In this document: positions 10,178 through 19,646 of the stretch, one piece after another
Numbering within the stretch: the first letter of the stretch is position 1
Layout: each line of letters begins with the position of its first letter
DNA from: Promethearchaeum syntrophicum
GTDB lineage: Archaea > Asgardarchaeota > Lokiarchaeia > Sigyniarchaeales > Promethearchaeaceae
Direction of reading: 5' to 3'
Length of the DNA stretch: 32,000 bases
Assembly: GCF_008000775.2 (NCBI RefSeq)
Contig: NZ_CP042905.2
Location: forward strand, 3,840,001-3,872,000
Notes under the pieces: generated by a model
The model's input: only the letters and a program-made list of their open reading frames with translations
The model's database searches: none
Told to the model about the DNA's origin: nothing
Translations under genes and position numbers: made by a program

Positions 10178-10185
10178 TTTTTTTT
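10178..10185 (+). terminator. Oligo-T tract downstream of EF-1alpha (candidate archaeal terminator)
   Basis: A T8 run lies about 35 nt after the stop codon and is followed by further T-rich stretches. Archaeal RNAP terminates at oligo-T. Confidence 0.3.
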
Positions 10186-10340
10186 ATTTCTGTTTATTTC
10201 CCAAAAACTAAATTCGCTCAATATTAAATTCAAATTTTAAAATAGTTATAGTAGGAAAAAACCAATTAAATTTAGTGAATTATGAAAAACCAAACAAAAT
10301 AAACTTAAAAGAAAAAAAATTATAAATCTTTGGGATAATA

Positions 10341-11801
10341 TTGCTTGACATTTGCCTTCTTAATGGAATTACTGAATTTCAAGAAGAAAATAGAATTAGG
10401 GTGTTCCAAGAATCCGCATCATTTATTAATGGAGTTCTTGTTAATTTAGATGAAAATTTACTCTTACGGGAACCCCCTACCGGATTAATGATTTTGGCGT
10501 CAATTTTAGAGCAAAAAGGTTATTCAGTCGATATAATTGATGGTTCCATTCTTCAAAACCCAAGAGATTATATTTTAGAAAACGCACATAAATATCGCTT
10601 GATAGGTATTACTGGATTAACTAATACATTTAATGATATCCTACAAACAGCAAATCTAATTAAAAAACAATATCCAGAGATTTTTATGGTGATGGGTGGA
10701 CCACATGCATCATTTGAATATGAAAAGATATTATCACAAAATCCAGAAATTGATATGGTATTTATTGGTGAATCAGAAAATTCATTTCCTTGGGTGGTTG
10801 ATAAGTTGCTTCATGCTCCTATTTTAGATTTTGTTGAAGCGGGAAATTCTGAAGAAATTAAAGAGACGCTGAATTCTCCTGGGAAGATTCACAAATTATT
10901 TACAACGATTGATTCCAAAGATATATTACCAAAAGGTATTTCATACAATACGAATAATAACGCGCAATCACCAGATGAACTAAAAAGGGTTATATATACT
11001 GGATTTCCGGAAGCAATTAATTTATCAGAATTGCCATTACCTGCGCGTCATTTAATTTCAAGAATATATTCTGTAGCAGATGTAATCATTAATAGAGGTT
11101 GCCCAAATAAATGTTCTTTTTGTTCACGGACTCATCTTTTCCCTCTAATGCGAATTAGACCAGTAAAACAGGTATTAAAAGAAGTGGAATATATTTCTTC
11201 GTGTGCAAATTATAAATTTGTAAACTTTTACGATAATATCAACATCAACCATCGTTATCTAAATGAATTTTTAGATGGATTAATTTCCCAGAAATTTTCA
11301 TTACCTTGGGGTGCAGAATTAAGAGCCGATGTTATTACCAAAGATGAAGCATTGAAATTAAAAAAGGCAAATTGTAAAATTGTGGCTACTGGTGTGGAAA
11401 GTGCATCTGAGGAAGTCTTAAAAATCAATTTTAAGTTTCAAGATCCGAGCAGAGTTGCAGAAGGCATTAAAATTTTCAAAGAAGTCGGAATTGCTGTACA
11501 AGCTTATTTTGTAATTGGGCTACCGGGAGATAATTGGGACAGATTTAGGACCACTTTAAAATTTGTAGAATCCCTAAATCTGGAAGGTGGTATTGATCGG
11601 GTTGAATTTTTTACTGCTACACCTTACCCGGGTTCAGATTTAGCAATGAATGGAGAAAAATATGGAATTAAAATTCTTAATGATAATTATTCTGAATACG
11701 ATTGTAGAACGATCATTATGGAAACCCAAACCCTTATTTCTTCTGATATTGAAAACATGATAAAAGAAGCTCATTCATTAAAGAAGAAATTAAATTTATG
11801 A
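10341..11801 (+). CDS. B12-binding-domain radical SAM protein (class B rSAM)
   Basis: An N-terminal cobalamin-binding-like Rossmann region (IGITGLTN...VMGGPHASF...VFIGESE) is followed by CPNKCSFCS (CxxxCxxC) and a TIM-barrel core. The track start is a non-ATG codon (TTG). Confidence 0.8.
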   Translation: MLDICLLNGITEFQEENRIRVFQESASFINGVLVNLDENLLLREPPTGLMILASILEQKGYSVDIIDGSILQNPRDYILENAHKYRLIGITGLTNTFNDILQTANLIKKQYPEIFMVMGGPHASFEYEKILSQNPEIDMVFIGESENSFPWVVDKLLHAPILDFVEAGNSEEIKETLNSPGKIHKLFTTIDSKDILPKGISYNTNNNAQSPDELKRVIYTGFPEAINLSELPLPARHLISRIYSVADVIINRGCPNKCSFCSRTHLFPLMRIRPVKQVLKEVEYISSCANYKFVNFYDNININHRYLNEFLDGLISQKFSLPWGAELRADVITKDEALKLKKANCKIVATGVESASEEVLKINFKFQDPSRVAEGIKIFKEVGIAVQAYFVIGLPGDNWDRFRTTLKFVESLNLEGGIDRVEFFTATPYPGSDLAMNGEKYGIKILNDNYSEYDCRTIIMETQTLISSDIENMIKEAHSLKKKLNL

Positions 11802-11919
11802 AATGATGGAATCGCTAAATATTTATAAATTTGTACTTGGTTTTTAATTAAACTTTTTTTTTATTTTTAGATTTTTCGATGATTTTATACTTTGATGAAT
11901 TAAATAAATGAGGTGAAAA

Positions 11920-12159
11920 ATGATGATAAATGATTATGTGGTTGAATCAGATTATGAAGTAGAAGATATTAAAATAAAAATGAAGAAAATGACTTTGGAA
12001 GAAAAACGCTGGGTTCGTTCACGAATGACAAATTGTGTAAATTGTGGAGTACTTTGTTTAAAAACAGATTTAGAATATGGAAGATGTGTAATATGTAACA
12101 AAAATAAATCAATACGAGAGTTTAGGAGATTACATTCACCAAATTTCAACCGAAAATAG
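11920..12159 (+). CDS. Small basic zinc-ribbon protein
   Basis: CVNCG...CVICN forms two CxxC knuckles. A strong Shine-Dalgarno-like GAGGTGA sits at 11910-11916, just upstream of the ATG. Confidence 0.5.
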   Translation: MMINDYVVESDYEVEDIKIKMKKMTLEEKRWVRSRMTNCVNCGVLCLKTDLEYGRCVICNKNKSIREFRRLHSPNFNRK

Positions 12160-12182
12160 GAAGATACAATCTTCCTCTTTTT
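12159..12182 (+). terminator. Hairpin plus T-tract after the zinc-ribbon gene
   Basis: GGAAGAT-ACA-ATCTTCC (7-bp stem) is immediately followed by TCTTTTT and overlaps the stop codon. Confidence 0.4.
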
Positions 12183-12275
12183 AAAAATGTGTTATTATAA
12201 AAAATTGTTAAAAGAAAAATGATTTAAAAAATATTTTCGAGACATTCAAACTATTCAAGTTTGTAAGAATCATTC

Positions 12276-12596
12276 TTATTTAGGAGCAATTTGAATTTCC
12301 ATACTGGATACATTCGAACTTCTTCCCTCATCATTTGTTAAAACTTCTGTGCTAATTTTAATATCTTTGTACTTAGCAGTTGGAAAGAATTTGTTAATCA
12401 AAATTTCCGAAACATCTACTGCATGAGATATTGCGCGCCCCCTCGCTTTAATGATACAATCGGTCCCCCTGTTTAAAATTACCATTGCTGCCATTACATA
12501 GTTCATGGTTGGTCTCTTTCCAATATAAACAGAATTATCATTAAACTTCTTTGTTTTCTTGATTTCCTTGTTTTCCTTGTCGGTTTCTTCGCTCAT
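12276..12596 (-). CDS. albA: Alba DNA/RNA-binding chromatin protein
   Basis: NSVYIGKRPTMNYVMAAMVILNRG...IKARGRAISHAVDVSEIL matches the Alba core. There is a short charged N-terminal tail. Confidence 0.9.
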   Translation of the reverse strand: MSEETDKENKEIKKTKKFNDNSVYIGKRPTMNYVMAAMVILNRGTDCIIKARGRAISHAVDVSEILINKFFPTAKYKDIKISTEVLTNDEGRSSNVSSMEIQIAPK

Positions 12597-12779
12597 TTAT
12601 TTACACCGTTATGTGGGTTTTTTGTGTCAAAGTTTCATTTATTTTATGCATTCTCAATTATTAGAACTTCAAAAAAAATGTATTGAAAATTAAATTATCT
12701 GGCAACATAAAAGGTTTTCATATGACAAAGAAAACAAAAAAGGAATGGAAATTCTTAATTAAATCAACCAAAATCAATC

Positions 12780-13559
12780 TTAATAATAAGGAGACGTATC
12801 ATCGTTTACAACACGTTGTATTGCACCCCAAACATCTTCAATACCCTCACCGTATTTTGCAGATATGGGTAACAACTCTGATATTGCTCCAAATTCTCGA
12901 AATGTACGCCCTAATGATAAAGTTAATTCTCTTAACATTCCATGTTCAAGATTTTCGGTAGCCGATGCGAGTTCATACTCATCATCAACCCATTTCAAAA
13001 TATTTTCGAGCTTTTCTTTATGGATTAAATCTTTTTTAGTTAATAAATTGATTTGACTTAAATTAGCAAATCTGAATTGAACAGAAGCTGCCAGTAATAA
13101 AGTGGAAATAAAGCCATTAGGATGAATGCACATAGTACTATCATATGTGAAAATAATCCCCCGTTTTACACTTCCGAATCCTAAAGCATTCGCTATCATG
13201 GGGCCACTGTTTCTAAAACTAAATAATTCCATTTGACCAGGGGTATCTACTAAAATGATTTCTGGATCGTTATACTGATTAATTTCATATTTTAAGTCTT
13301 CAACATAATTCACCATTAAATCGGTAGCTGCGATCATAGCACCATTTGGTCCCAAACCGGTTTTTTCCATTACCGCATCAACAGTTACATAGTCTTGAAT
13401 ATCGATATCTGGAGTATATGGTAGTGTTCGGCACCCAGGATCTAAATTAATTGTGACCACTGAAATTTCTTGATTGTATTCTTGAAGATATTCAACCAAA
13501 GATTTAATTAATGTTGTTTTTCCCGAACCAGCTGGACCTATAATATATTGTATTAACAT
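12780..13559 (-). CDS. GPN-loop GTPase
   Basis: P-loop GPAGSGKTT, the diagnostic GPNG motif (LGPNGAMI), DTPGQ, and TKKD (NKxD-like). Confidence 0.9.
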   Translation of the reverse strand: MLIQYIIGPAGSGKTTLIKSLVEYLQEYNQEISVVTINLDPGCRTLPYTPDIDIQDYVTVDAVMEKTGLGPNGAMIAATDLMVNYVEDLKYEINQYNDPEIILVDTPGQMELFSFRNSGPMIANALGFGSVKRGIIFTYDSTMCIHPNGFISTLLLAASVQFRFANLSQINLLTKKDLIHKEKLENILKWVDDEYELASATENLEHGMLRELTLSLGRTFREFGAISELLPISAKYGEGIEDVWGAIQRVVNDDTSPYY

Positions 13560-13672
13560 TTAATCACTATTTTTTAATTGATAAATGAAAAAAAGAATAT
13601 ATTCCATATTAACTAATGTTTCATATTAGCTAATGTTTCATTTTATTTTTAGAAGAATTAGAGGATCTTCAA

Positions 13673-15022
13673 ATGGAAAAGACTAAAAAAGCAAAATATA
13701 AATTCTCCAAGGAAGAATTACGGGATTTATTATATGATTTTAATAAAGAAAAAGGAGCACTTCCATCCGATCGACCTAGAGAAGTTTCCATATGGGATGA
13801 AACATTAAGAGACGGGGAACAAACACCTGGTGTTTTTCTAACATTAGATGAAAAAATTAAGATAGCTACATTTTTAGATGAAATTGGAACGGGTAAAATA
13901 GCTGCTGGGTTTCCTGCCATTTCGCCAAGTGAATTAGATATTGTTAAAAATATTTCAAATTTAGGTTTGAGTAATTCCACTATCTTAGGAATTGCACGCC
14001 CAAAAGAATCAGATATTAATGCGTGTTTAAAGTGTGACTTAAATGAAATAGTTTTATTTATGCCCATTAGTGATCTTCATCTAAAAATCATGAATTTTTC
14101 AAGAGAACAGCAAATTGAGATGATTCAGAAAGCTTTCGATTGTGCTAAAGATCATGGATTGAAATTTAATTGGGTATCAGAAGATGGAACACGGGCTCAA
14201 CCAGAACATTTACTTGAAATTCAGCAATTAGCTATCGATAATAAAGCTTCATCAATTATTCTTGGAGATACTGTGGGAATTTTACAACCTGAGACAACAA
14301 TATACATGATTGAAAAGATGAAAAAGGAATTAAAGAGATGGGATCGAACAAAAACTCAATTGGGAATTCATACACATAATGATTTTGGACAAGCAGTATC
14401 AAATACTTTAGCAGCGGTATATCATGGTGCAACCCTCCCTCATGTATGTGTTAATGGATATGGAGAACGTGCAGGAAACGCTTCATTTGAAGAAGTAGTA
14501 ACTAATTTAGAGGGAATGGGAGTGAGTACAGGAATTAATCTCAGGAAACTAACAGAAATGTCTCATATGGTAGAAGAAATATTTGGATTACCCTTAAGTG
14601 CCCATAAACCTATTGTTGGTTCCAATGCTTTCAGTCATGAAAGTGGCTTACATATCCATGCAATTATTAGTCACCCTATGGCATATGAACCAATAAATCC
14701 ATCATTAGTAGGACAAAAGCGCAAATTTTATCTGGGTAAGTTTTCTGGTTCTTCTTCTATTTTAAATGCAATTGAAACTAAACTAAAAGGCAGTAATCTT
14801 GACATTCCTCGTGAAAGTATAAAGCATATTCTTCAAGATGTAAAAGATTTACAGGAAAAATCATCAAAAAAAGATAAAAAAAGGAGTTTCAAGAAAATTA
14901 AAGAACTGGTTCGATGCATTCAATCGGGTATAAATGATGATGAGTTTTTTGCCATAGTTCAGAAATATGCAAAAAAATATTTGAAAAATTCTTGGGTTTA
15001 TGAAGATAGGGATAAAAAATAA
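13673..15022 (+). CDS. 2-isopropylmalate / homocitrate / citramalate synthase family enzyme (HMGL-like DRE-TIM)
   Basis: DETLRDGEQ, HTHNDFGQAVSNTLAA and SHESGLH motifs. There is no obvious LeuA-type C-terminal regulatory domain, so substrate specificity is not assignable by eye. Confidence 0.85.
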   Translation: MEKTKKAKYKFSKEELRDLLYDFNKEKGALPSDRPREVSIWDETLRDGEQTPGVFLTLDEKIKIATFLDEIGTGKIAAGFPAISPSELDIVKNISNLGLSNSTILGIARPKESDINACLKCDLNEIVLFMPISDLHLKIMNFSREQQIEMIQKAFDCAKDHGLKFNWVSEDGTRAQPEHLLEIQQLAIDNKASSIILGDTVGILQPETTIYMIEKMKKELKRWDRTKTQLGIHTHNDFGQAVSNTLAAVYHGATLPHVCVNGYGERAGNASFEEVVTNLEGMGVSTGINLRKLTEMSHMVEEIFGLPLSAHKPIVGSNAFSHESGLHIHAIISHPMAYEPINPSLVGQKRKFYLGKFSGSSSILNAIETKLKGSNLDIPRESIKHILQDVKDLQEKSSKKDKKRSFKKIKELVRCIQSGINDDEFFAIVQKYAKKYLKNSWVYEDRDKK

Positions 15023-15139
15023 CTTAGATAGTCAATTAGAAAATAAATTCATATCCTAAATTTTTTAAATCATTTGCTAAAAATATCTTTAGATAAAAGA
15101 AAATATTTAAGATTTTCATAGAATTTTGTAGAAAAAGAA

Positions 15140-16603
15140 TTGATGAATAAAATGATAACAATTTTTCGGGGTTTTGGATTACCTGAATTTCAAGGTAAAA
15201 AAGTAACTAAAAAACATGTTTTAAAATTGTTTGGAGAACCCGATAAAACCATACTACATAATTCATTCTCATATGAAATGGTATACCAAAAGGGAATTAG
15301 TTTTTTTTATTTACAAGAAGAAGAAGAAATTGAATCGCTAATTGAGACGAAGAAAAAAAAAAAAACTAAGCCAATAAAACTAGTAAATGAAAAACCAAAA
15401 CCGAAAAATGAAGAAGATTCTGAGATTTTCATGATTGGATTTGTAGCTCCATTTTCTGGTCGCACGGAAAAGGGTATAAAATTAAATCTTAATACTATGG
15501 AAGATGTGTTTAATAAATTGGGTAAAAGTAATTGGATTACAACCTTGAATGGAAAATACTGGTGGGTAGAACAATCTAGAATTTCATTTTATATTGAAAA
15601 AGAAGAAAATGATTTACCACAAGTTTTTAATGAAGATGTACTTCTAAAAAAACCTATAATCCGGATCACCGTTCCCTTGATTGAGTTTCTTGATGATGCG
15701 GTTAAAAACGAATTTGGTCTTGATAAACGAACAAAAGAGGATTTTTGTATTGATGGAAGCCTTCATGTTCCAATCATAGACAACGAAAAAGCCGAATCTA
15801 TTTGTTCAAAATGCGGATTAGTTTTATCAGAACGAATGATCTCAATGGAAAAAAGCGGTCAAAGAGCTTTTTCAACAGAAGAACGCAATAAGCGTGAACA
15901 ACATGGCTCTCCAATTAATCCCTTAATGCCAGATCTGCAATTAAGTACAATGATTGATAAAAGAGCTGCCATGCCAGAACCACTAAGAAAAGCGGTCAAA
16001 TGGGATAGCAGATATACATGGAAACAACGTAACATGATTCAAGCCACATCTGAAATAAAACGAATAGGAGAATTATTGAATCTTCCTCAACATGTAAAAA
16101 TCTATGCAGTTAATTTATATCGTAAAGCTTTCCAATTAGGGTTGCTAAAAGGTCGATCCATAAAAGCTATGGTTGCAGCTAGTTTATATTATGCCTGTGG
16201 AGCTGAACAAATCCCAAGAACCCTAGGAGAAATTGCTAAAGTTACTGATTCCACATTTCATAATATAACAAAATGTTATCAATCCTTAATAAAAGAACTA
16301 AATTTACCTAGTCCTACAATCGTCCCTGGATTATTGGTAAGCAAATATGTGACTGACTTAAAATTAGACTATCGAATACAAATTTTAGCCGGAAGAATTC
16401 TTGATAAGTATGAAAAAAGATATACTTTAAGTGGAAAAGATCCCAAAGGGTTAGTAGCAGCAGCTATCTATATTGCTGCACATTATCATCGAATCAAGAT
16501 TAGCCAAACAAAAGTATCGCGAGCAATTGGTATCACAGAAGTGACACTGCGAAATCGTCTAAATGAAATGAAGAAATTTATGCCAGACTATAAAAGAAGT
16601 TAA
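15140..16603 (+). CDS. tfb: Transcription initiation factor TFB (TFIIB family) with a long N-terminal extension
   Basis: The C-terminal ~300 aa contain ribbon-like CIDGSLH...CSKCG, B-reader-like GQRAFSTEERNKREQHG, and two cyclin folds (LNLPQHVKIYAVNLYRKA...GRSIKAMVAASLYYAC; ...GKDPKGLVAAAIYIAA...TEVTLRNR). The probable ATG is at 15143. Confidence 0.88.
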   Translation: MMNKMITIFRGFGLPEFQGKKVTKKHVLKLFGEPDKTILHNSFSYEMVYQKGISFFYLQEEEEIESLIETKKKKKTKPIKLVNEKPKPKNEEDSEIFMIGFVAPFSGRTEKGIKLNLNTMEDVFNKLGKSNWITTLNGKYWWVEQSRISFYIEKEENDLPQVFNEDVLLKKPIIRITVPLIEFLDDAVKNEFGLDKRTKEDFCIDGSLHVPIIDNEKAESICSKCGLVLSERMISMEKSGQRAFSTEERNKREQHGSPINPLMPDLQLSTMIDKRAAMPEPLRKAVKWDSRYTWKQRNMIQATSEIKRIGELLNLPQHVKIYAVNLYRKAFQLGLLKGRSIKAMVAASLYYACGAEQIPRTLGEIAKVTDSTFHNITKCYQSLIKELNLPSPTIVPGLLVSKYVTDLKLDYRIQILAGRILDKYEKRYTLSGKDPKGLVAAAIYIAAHYHRIKISQTKVSRAIGITEVTLRNRLNEMKKFMPDYKRS

Positions 16604-16863
16604 TCTGCTAATCCAATAAAAATAACTGAATCTCCACGTAAAATAATTTTTGGTAGACTTTCATTTTTTTCTTCTAAATTTCCTTCTTCATCAATTTTTT
16701 TAAAATATGAATATTCTACATTTTCGAGCAGTACATTTAAATGATTATCAAAGGACTTTAAAATCCCTTTGAATTTTCTATTTCTCTTCACTTTAAGAAT
16801 AATTTCCTTACCTAAGGATTGATGAAGTCTTGATATTGGATCATGTGGTGTTGGAGGTGTCAT
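16600..16863 (-). CDS. Sm-like (LSm/SmAP) RNA-binding protein
   Basis: The Sm1 motif is ILKVKRNRKFKGILKSFDNHLNVLLENV and the Sm2 motif is ILRGDSVIFI. Confidence 0.85.
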   Translation of the reverse strand: MTPPTPHDPISRLHQSLGKEIILKVKRNRKFKGILKSFDNHLNVLLENVEYSYFKKIDEEGNLEEKNESLPKIILRGDSVIFIGLAD

Positions 16864-16996
16864 GAAAGTTTACTTTTCTTTTCCTTTTTTAAAATACGAA
16901 TATACAAATAATAAAAAACGCCTAAAAATAAAAATATAACTCTATTTTAAAATTTTATTAATAGAAACAAAATATAAAAAGAAAAAATTATAGAAA

Positions 16997-18286
16997 CTAC
17001 CATGGTTTTTGAAGTAATTGACAAAATCTACAAGCAACGAATTCGTTTTCTGGAGGAAATATATCCAATACATTCCCACATTTTATACAATTTAAATTTA
17101 TTAAATTTTGGTCTTTTTCCAATAGATTTTTTTCCCTTAATAGACTTTGAAAGTCATAAGATAATTGCCTTAATACATTTACTACTAAATGCTCATAAGG
17201 GGAACAACAATAAAAGGCTAATACATTCCTCTTAATTTGGGGAACGACTAAAATTTCACAATTTTCTCCAGATTTTACTTCAGTTTTTGCGAAATAAAAA
17301 CTCATTTTGGTGTTTTCTTTATCTATTTTCGAAATTTGAAGAAAACCATATTTCTCAGTTATTTTTTCCAAATATAATTGGGCATTGTCAGGATCTTCTA
17401 CATAAGGAATCCCAAAACCTTGAATTCTTTTAATAATTTCTTTTTTTTTCATAAAAGATTTTATATATTTAATTGAAGATTCTTGTGCAGTAAATTTAGG
17501 AAGTATTGTATCGATCTCTATTGGATATAAACGTAATACCCGAGCAAAACCATCTATTGATTTATATTGCATCAATCCATCAAATTTTATTTGTTTCTGT
17601 TGAGTTTGGTTAAAAAAAATCTCGAATATTTTGCCTTGAGCGGCATTTATTTTACCAATATCAACCCAAATGAAGGATTCTTCTAATTTTACATTATGCT
17701 TCGGATTTATATCTTCATATTTTAGAAAATGTCCAAAGTTAAATTTTAGTCTTGAATTAGTAATTGAATCTTGAGAAGCATTTTTTACGTGTATTCTAAT
17801 ACATAACTTATAAGTTGATATCCCAATACGCATTTCTACTGAAATAAAATCTTTTTGTGATGTTTCTTTTGAACGAGAAATCTCGATTTCTTCAGGAGTA
17901 GATACAAACATATCCTGATGAAAAGATTCGGTTTCTGTATCATTACTAGTGAGTATCTTAGTATCATTTGTTTTAATTGAAGATTTAATCGAATCTAAGT
18001 CAAATTCATTTATATTCCAATCAATTATTTGATCTAAAGTTAGTGTAGGCGCATTTAAATTCTGATTATCGTCTTGTTGTAAAAATATTAAAAATAATTT
18101 TCCTCCATTGATTTGTTGGATTTGGCCATATATCTGTCCTCTGAAATAAAGCCTTATTAAGCATTTTCGGATTTGTAAATCATCCATATTAAATTTATCT
18201 TTTAATATATCTAAACTTAACCGCTCATGCGTCATCATATAACGAACAATATAACTTGCAATTTCAATATCTTGATCTGTAGACAT
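16997..18286 (-). CDS. Hypothetical multidomain protein (N-terminal winged-helix-like, central beta-rich region, C-terminal zinc ribbon)
   Basis: A long uninterrupted ORF. The C-terminal CIKCG...CRFCQ forms two CxxC knuckles. I recognise no family. Confidence 0.6.
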   Translation of the reverse strand: MSTDQDIEIASYIVRYMMTHERLSLDILKDKFNMDDLQIRKCLIRLYFRGQIYGQIQQINGGKLFLIFLQQDDNQNLNAPTLTLDQIIDWNINEFDLDSIKSSIKTNDTKILTSNDTETESFHQDMFVSTPEEIEISRSKETSQKDFISVEMRIGISTYKLCIRIHVKNASQDSITNSRLKFNFGHFLKYEDINPKHNVKLEESFIWVDIGKINAAQGKIFEIFFNQTQQKQIKFDGLMQYKSIDGFARVLRLYPIEIDTILPKFTAQESSIKYIKSFMKKKEIIKRIQGFGIPYVEDPDNAQLYLEKITEKYGFLQISKIDKENTKMSFYFAKTEVKSGENCEILVVPQIKRNVLAFYCCSPYEHLVVNVLRQLSYDFQSLLREKNLLEKDQNLINLNCIKCGNVLDIFPPENEFVACRFCQLLQKPW

Positions 18287-18458
18287 CTACGTTCTTTCCT
18301 TTTTCCTTCCTCAATTCATTATTTCTCACTGTGCTTTTTATTGTTTTTGTTTGTAAGTTACTTAATATTTAAATTAGCAATAGTAGTGTAAGTAGAAAAT
18401 ATTTTGAAATCTTCTTAATACAAAGATTTCTTACTAAATATTCCACTATTTTTCTAAT

Positions 18459-18944
18459 TTATTGAAATTTCTTATCATAGGCAGGGCAGCCTAGCTTTCC
18501 TTGTTCACATTTTGCACACGATTTACTTCTAATAAAGAAATTTGGAATTACGCCAAATAATATATACAGAATAAAATATACAAGATGTAATATTGAAAAA
18601 TTGACAATCAGTAAAGTGACTCCTACAATTAATGGTAATAAAGAGGTCACCAGACTAAAAAGTAAAACGGGAATTACATTTTTTGGGTTGTTAAACTCTT
18701 TTGATTCTCCTTGGGAAAAAAAAACTTTACTTAAAATGCCAAAACCAAAACCACATCTTTTCCCATAATAAAAACAATATGTACATCTTAACTTCAGACT
18801 TAAAAATATGGTTAAAATACAGAAAATTGCATAAAATATCCCCGCGATTGAATTTAAGGAATAAATCACAATAGTCCCAAAAAAATAACTCAAAAAAGTA
18901 AAGAGTAGATTCGTACAAATTATTTTTCGAGAGTAAATTTCCAT
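18459..18944 (-). CDS. Cys-rich four-TM membrane protein, unknown function
   Basis: Four hydrophobic segments. Cys clusters are CTYCFYYGKRCGFG and CAKCEQGKLGCP. Confidence 0.5.
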   Translation of the reverse strand: MEIYSRKIICTNLLFTFLSYFFGTIVIYSLNSIAGIFYAIFCILTIFLSLKLRCTYCFYYGKRCGFGFGILSKVFFSQGESKEFNNPKNVIPVLLFSLVTSLLPLIVGVTLLIVNFSILHLVYFILYILFGVIPNFFIRSKSCAKCEQGKLGCPAYDKKFQ

Positions 18945-18998
18945 AACAATTATTGTACATAAGATGTTTTTAAAGGTTAAGCAATATTTTTTGTACTA

Positions 18999-19625
18999 AT
19001 GGAAAATTCTTCTCTTTCAAAACTTCTAAAAAGGCTTTTTGAAACAAAAACAATAACACCTAGTTATAAAATTCCTCATATTTTATTTTGCATTATGTTA
19101 ATTGGGAAAGAATCCAATGGAATAGGGAGATACAAGATAAGAAATGAAATGAATTTAGGAGAAGGATCAACAAAAACATTATTAAATCGCTTAAAAGATG
19201 AGAATATTATTAAAGTAGATAAAAATCGGCAAAAAGGGCATGTTATAACAAAAATCGGTAAAAAAATTTTTCAAGATTTAGAAAAACTCATTTCATTTCC
19301 GCAAGAACTGGAAAATAAAGAAAATAAATTCGTTGTGGGTAAAATTGCTTATTATTCGATTGTAGATCAAGAAAATATTAAAAATAATCTAGGATCTAGT
19401 ATTAATCAGCGTGATGAAGCCATAAAAATAGGAGGAACAGGAGCATCATGTTTAACTTTTAATGAATCCAATAAATTTGAATTTTCTGATGGAGTTTCAA
19501 TTAACCTTCCAATTGAACAAAAAAAATTAAAAAACGGAGATATTTTAATAATTGGAGGAGGAAATTCAAAAGGAGACGCAATTCTGGCAACTTATGCCTC
19601 AGCTATTTCAGTTTTAAAGATATAA
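18999..19625 (+). CDS. Hypothetical protein with an N-terminal winged HTH (possibly DUF4443-like)
   Basis: GIGRYKIRNEMNLGEGSTKTLLNRLKDENIIKV resembles a MarR/wHTH recognition unit. The C-terminal Gly-rich domain (GGTGASC, IIGGGNSKGD) is of unknown function. Confidence 0.45.
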   Translation: MENSSLSKLLKRLFETKTITPSYKIPHILFCIMLIGKESNGIGRYKIRNEMNLGEGSTKTLLNRLKDENIIKVDKNRQKGHVITKIGKKIFQDLEKLISFPQELENKENKFVVGKIAYYSIVDQENIKNNLGSSINQRDEAIKIGGTGASCLTFNESNKFEFSDGVSINLPIEQKKLKNGDILIIGGGNSKGDAILATYASAISVLKI

Positions 19626-19646
19626 CAGTAAAAAATTATAACAGAA

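Noticed and set aside
8915-10233. Minus-strand ORFs 8915..9109, 9338..9526, 9566..9757, 9678..9905 and 10033..10233
   Set aside because: They are antisense to, or overlap the 3' end of, the highly conserved EF-1alpha gene. None shows recognisable features.
11952-13056. ORFs 11952..12149 (-), 12683..12961 (+) and 12865..13056 (+)
   Set aside because: They are antisense to, or overlap, the zinc-ribbon ORF and the GPN-loop GTPase gene. They have no motifs.
13669-14067. Minus-strand 132-aa ORF
   Set aside because: It is antisense to the well-supported isopropylmalate/homocitrate-synthase-family gene.
16600-16603. Convergent 4-nt overlap (TTAA) of the TFB and Sm-like gene stop codons
   Set aside because: It is real in the sequence. 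The palindromic TTAA serves as a stop on both strands, which is a common compaction feature, so I do not see a functional signal beyond tight packing.
17002-18960. ORFs 17002..17235 (+) and 18727..18960 (-)
   Set aside because: The first is antisense to the 429-aa ORF. The second is an alternative frame overlapping the Cys-rich membrane protein gene. Both have compositionally biased translations.
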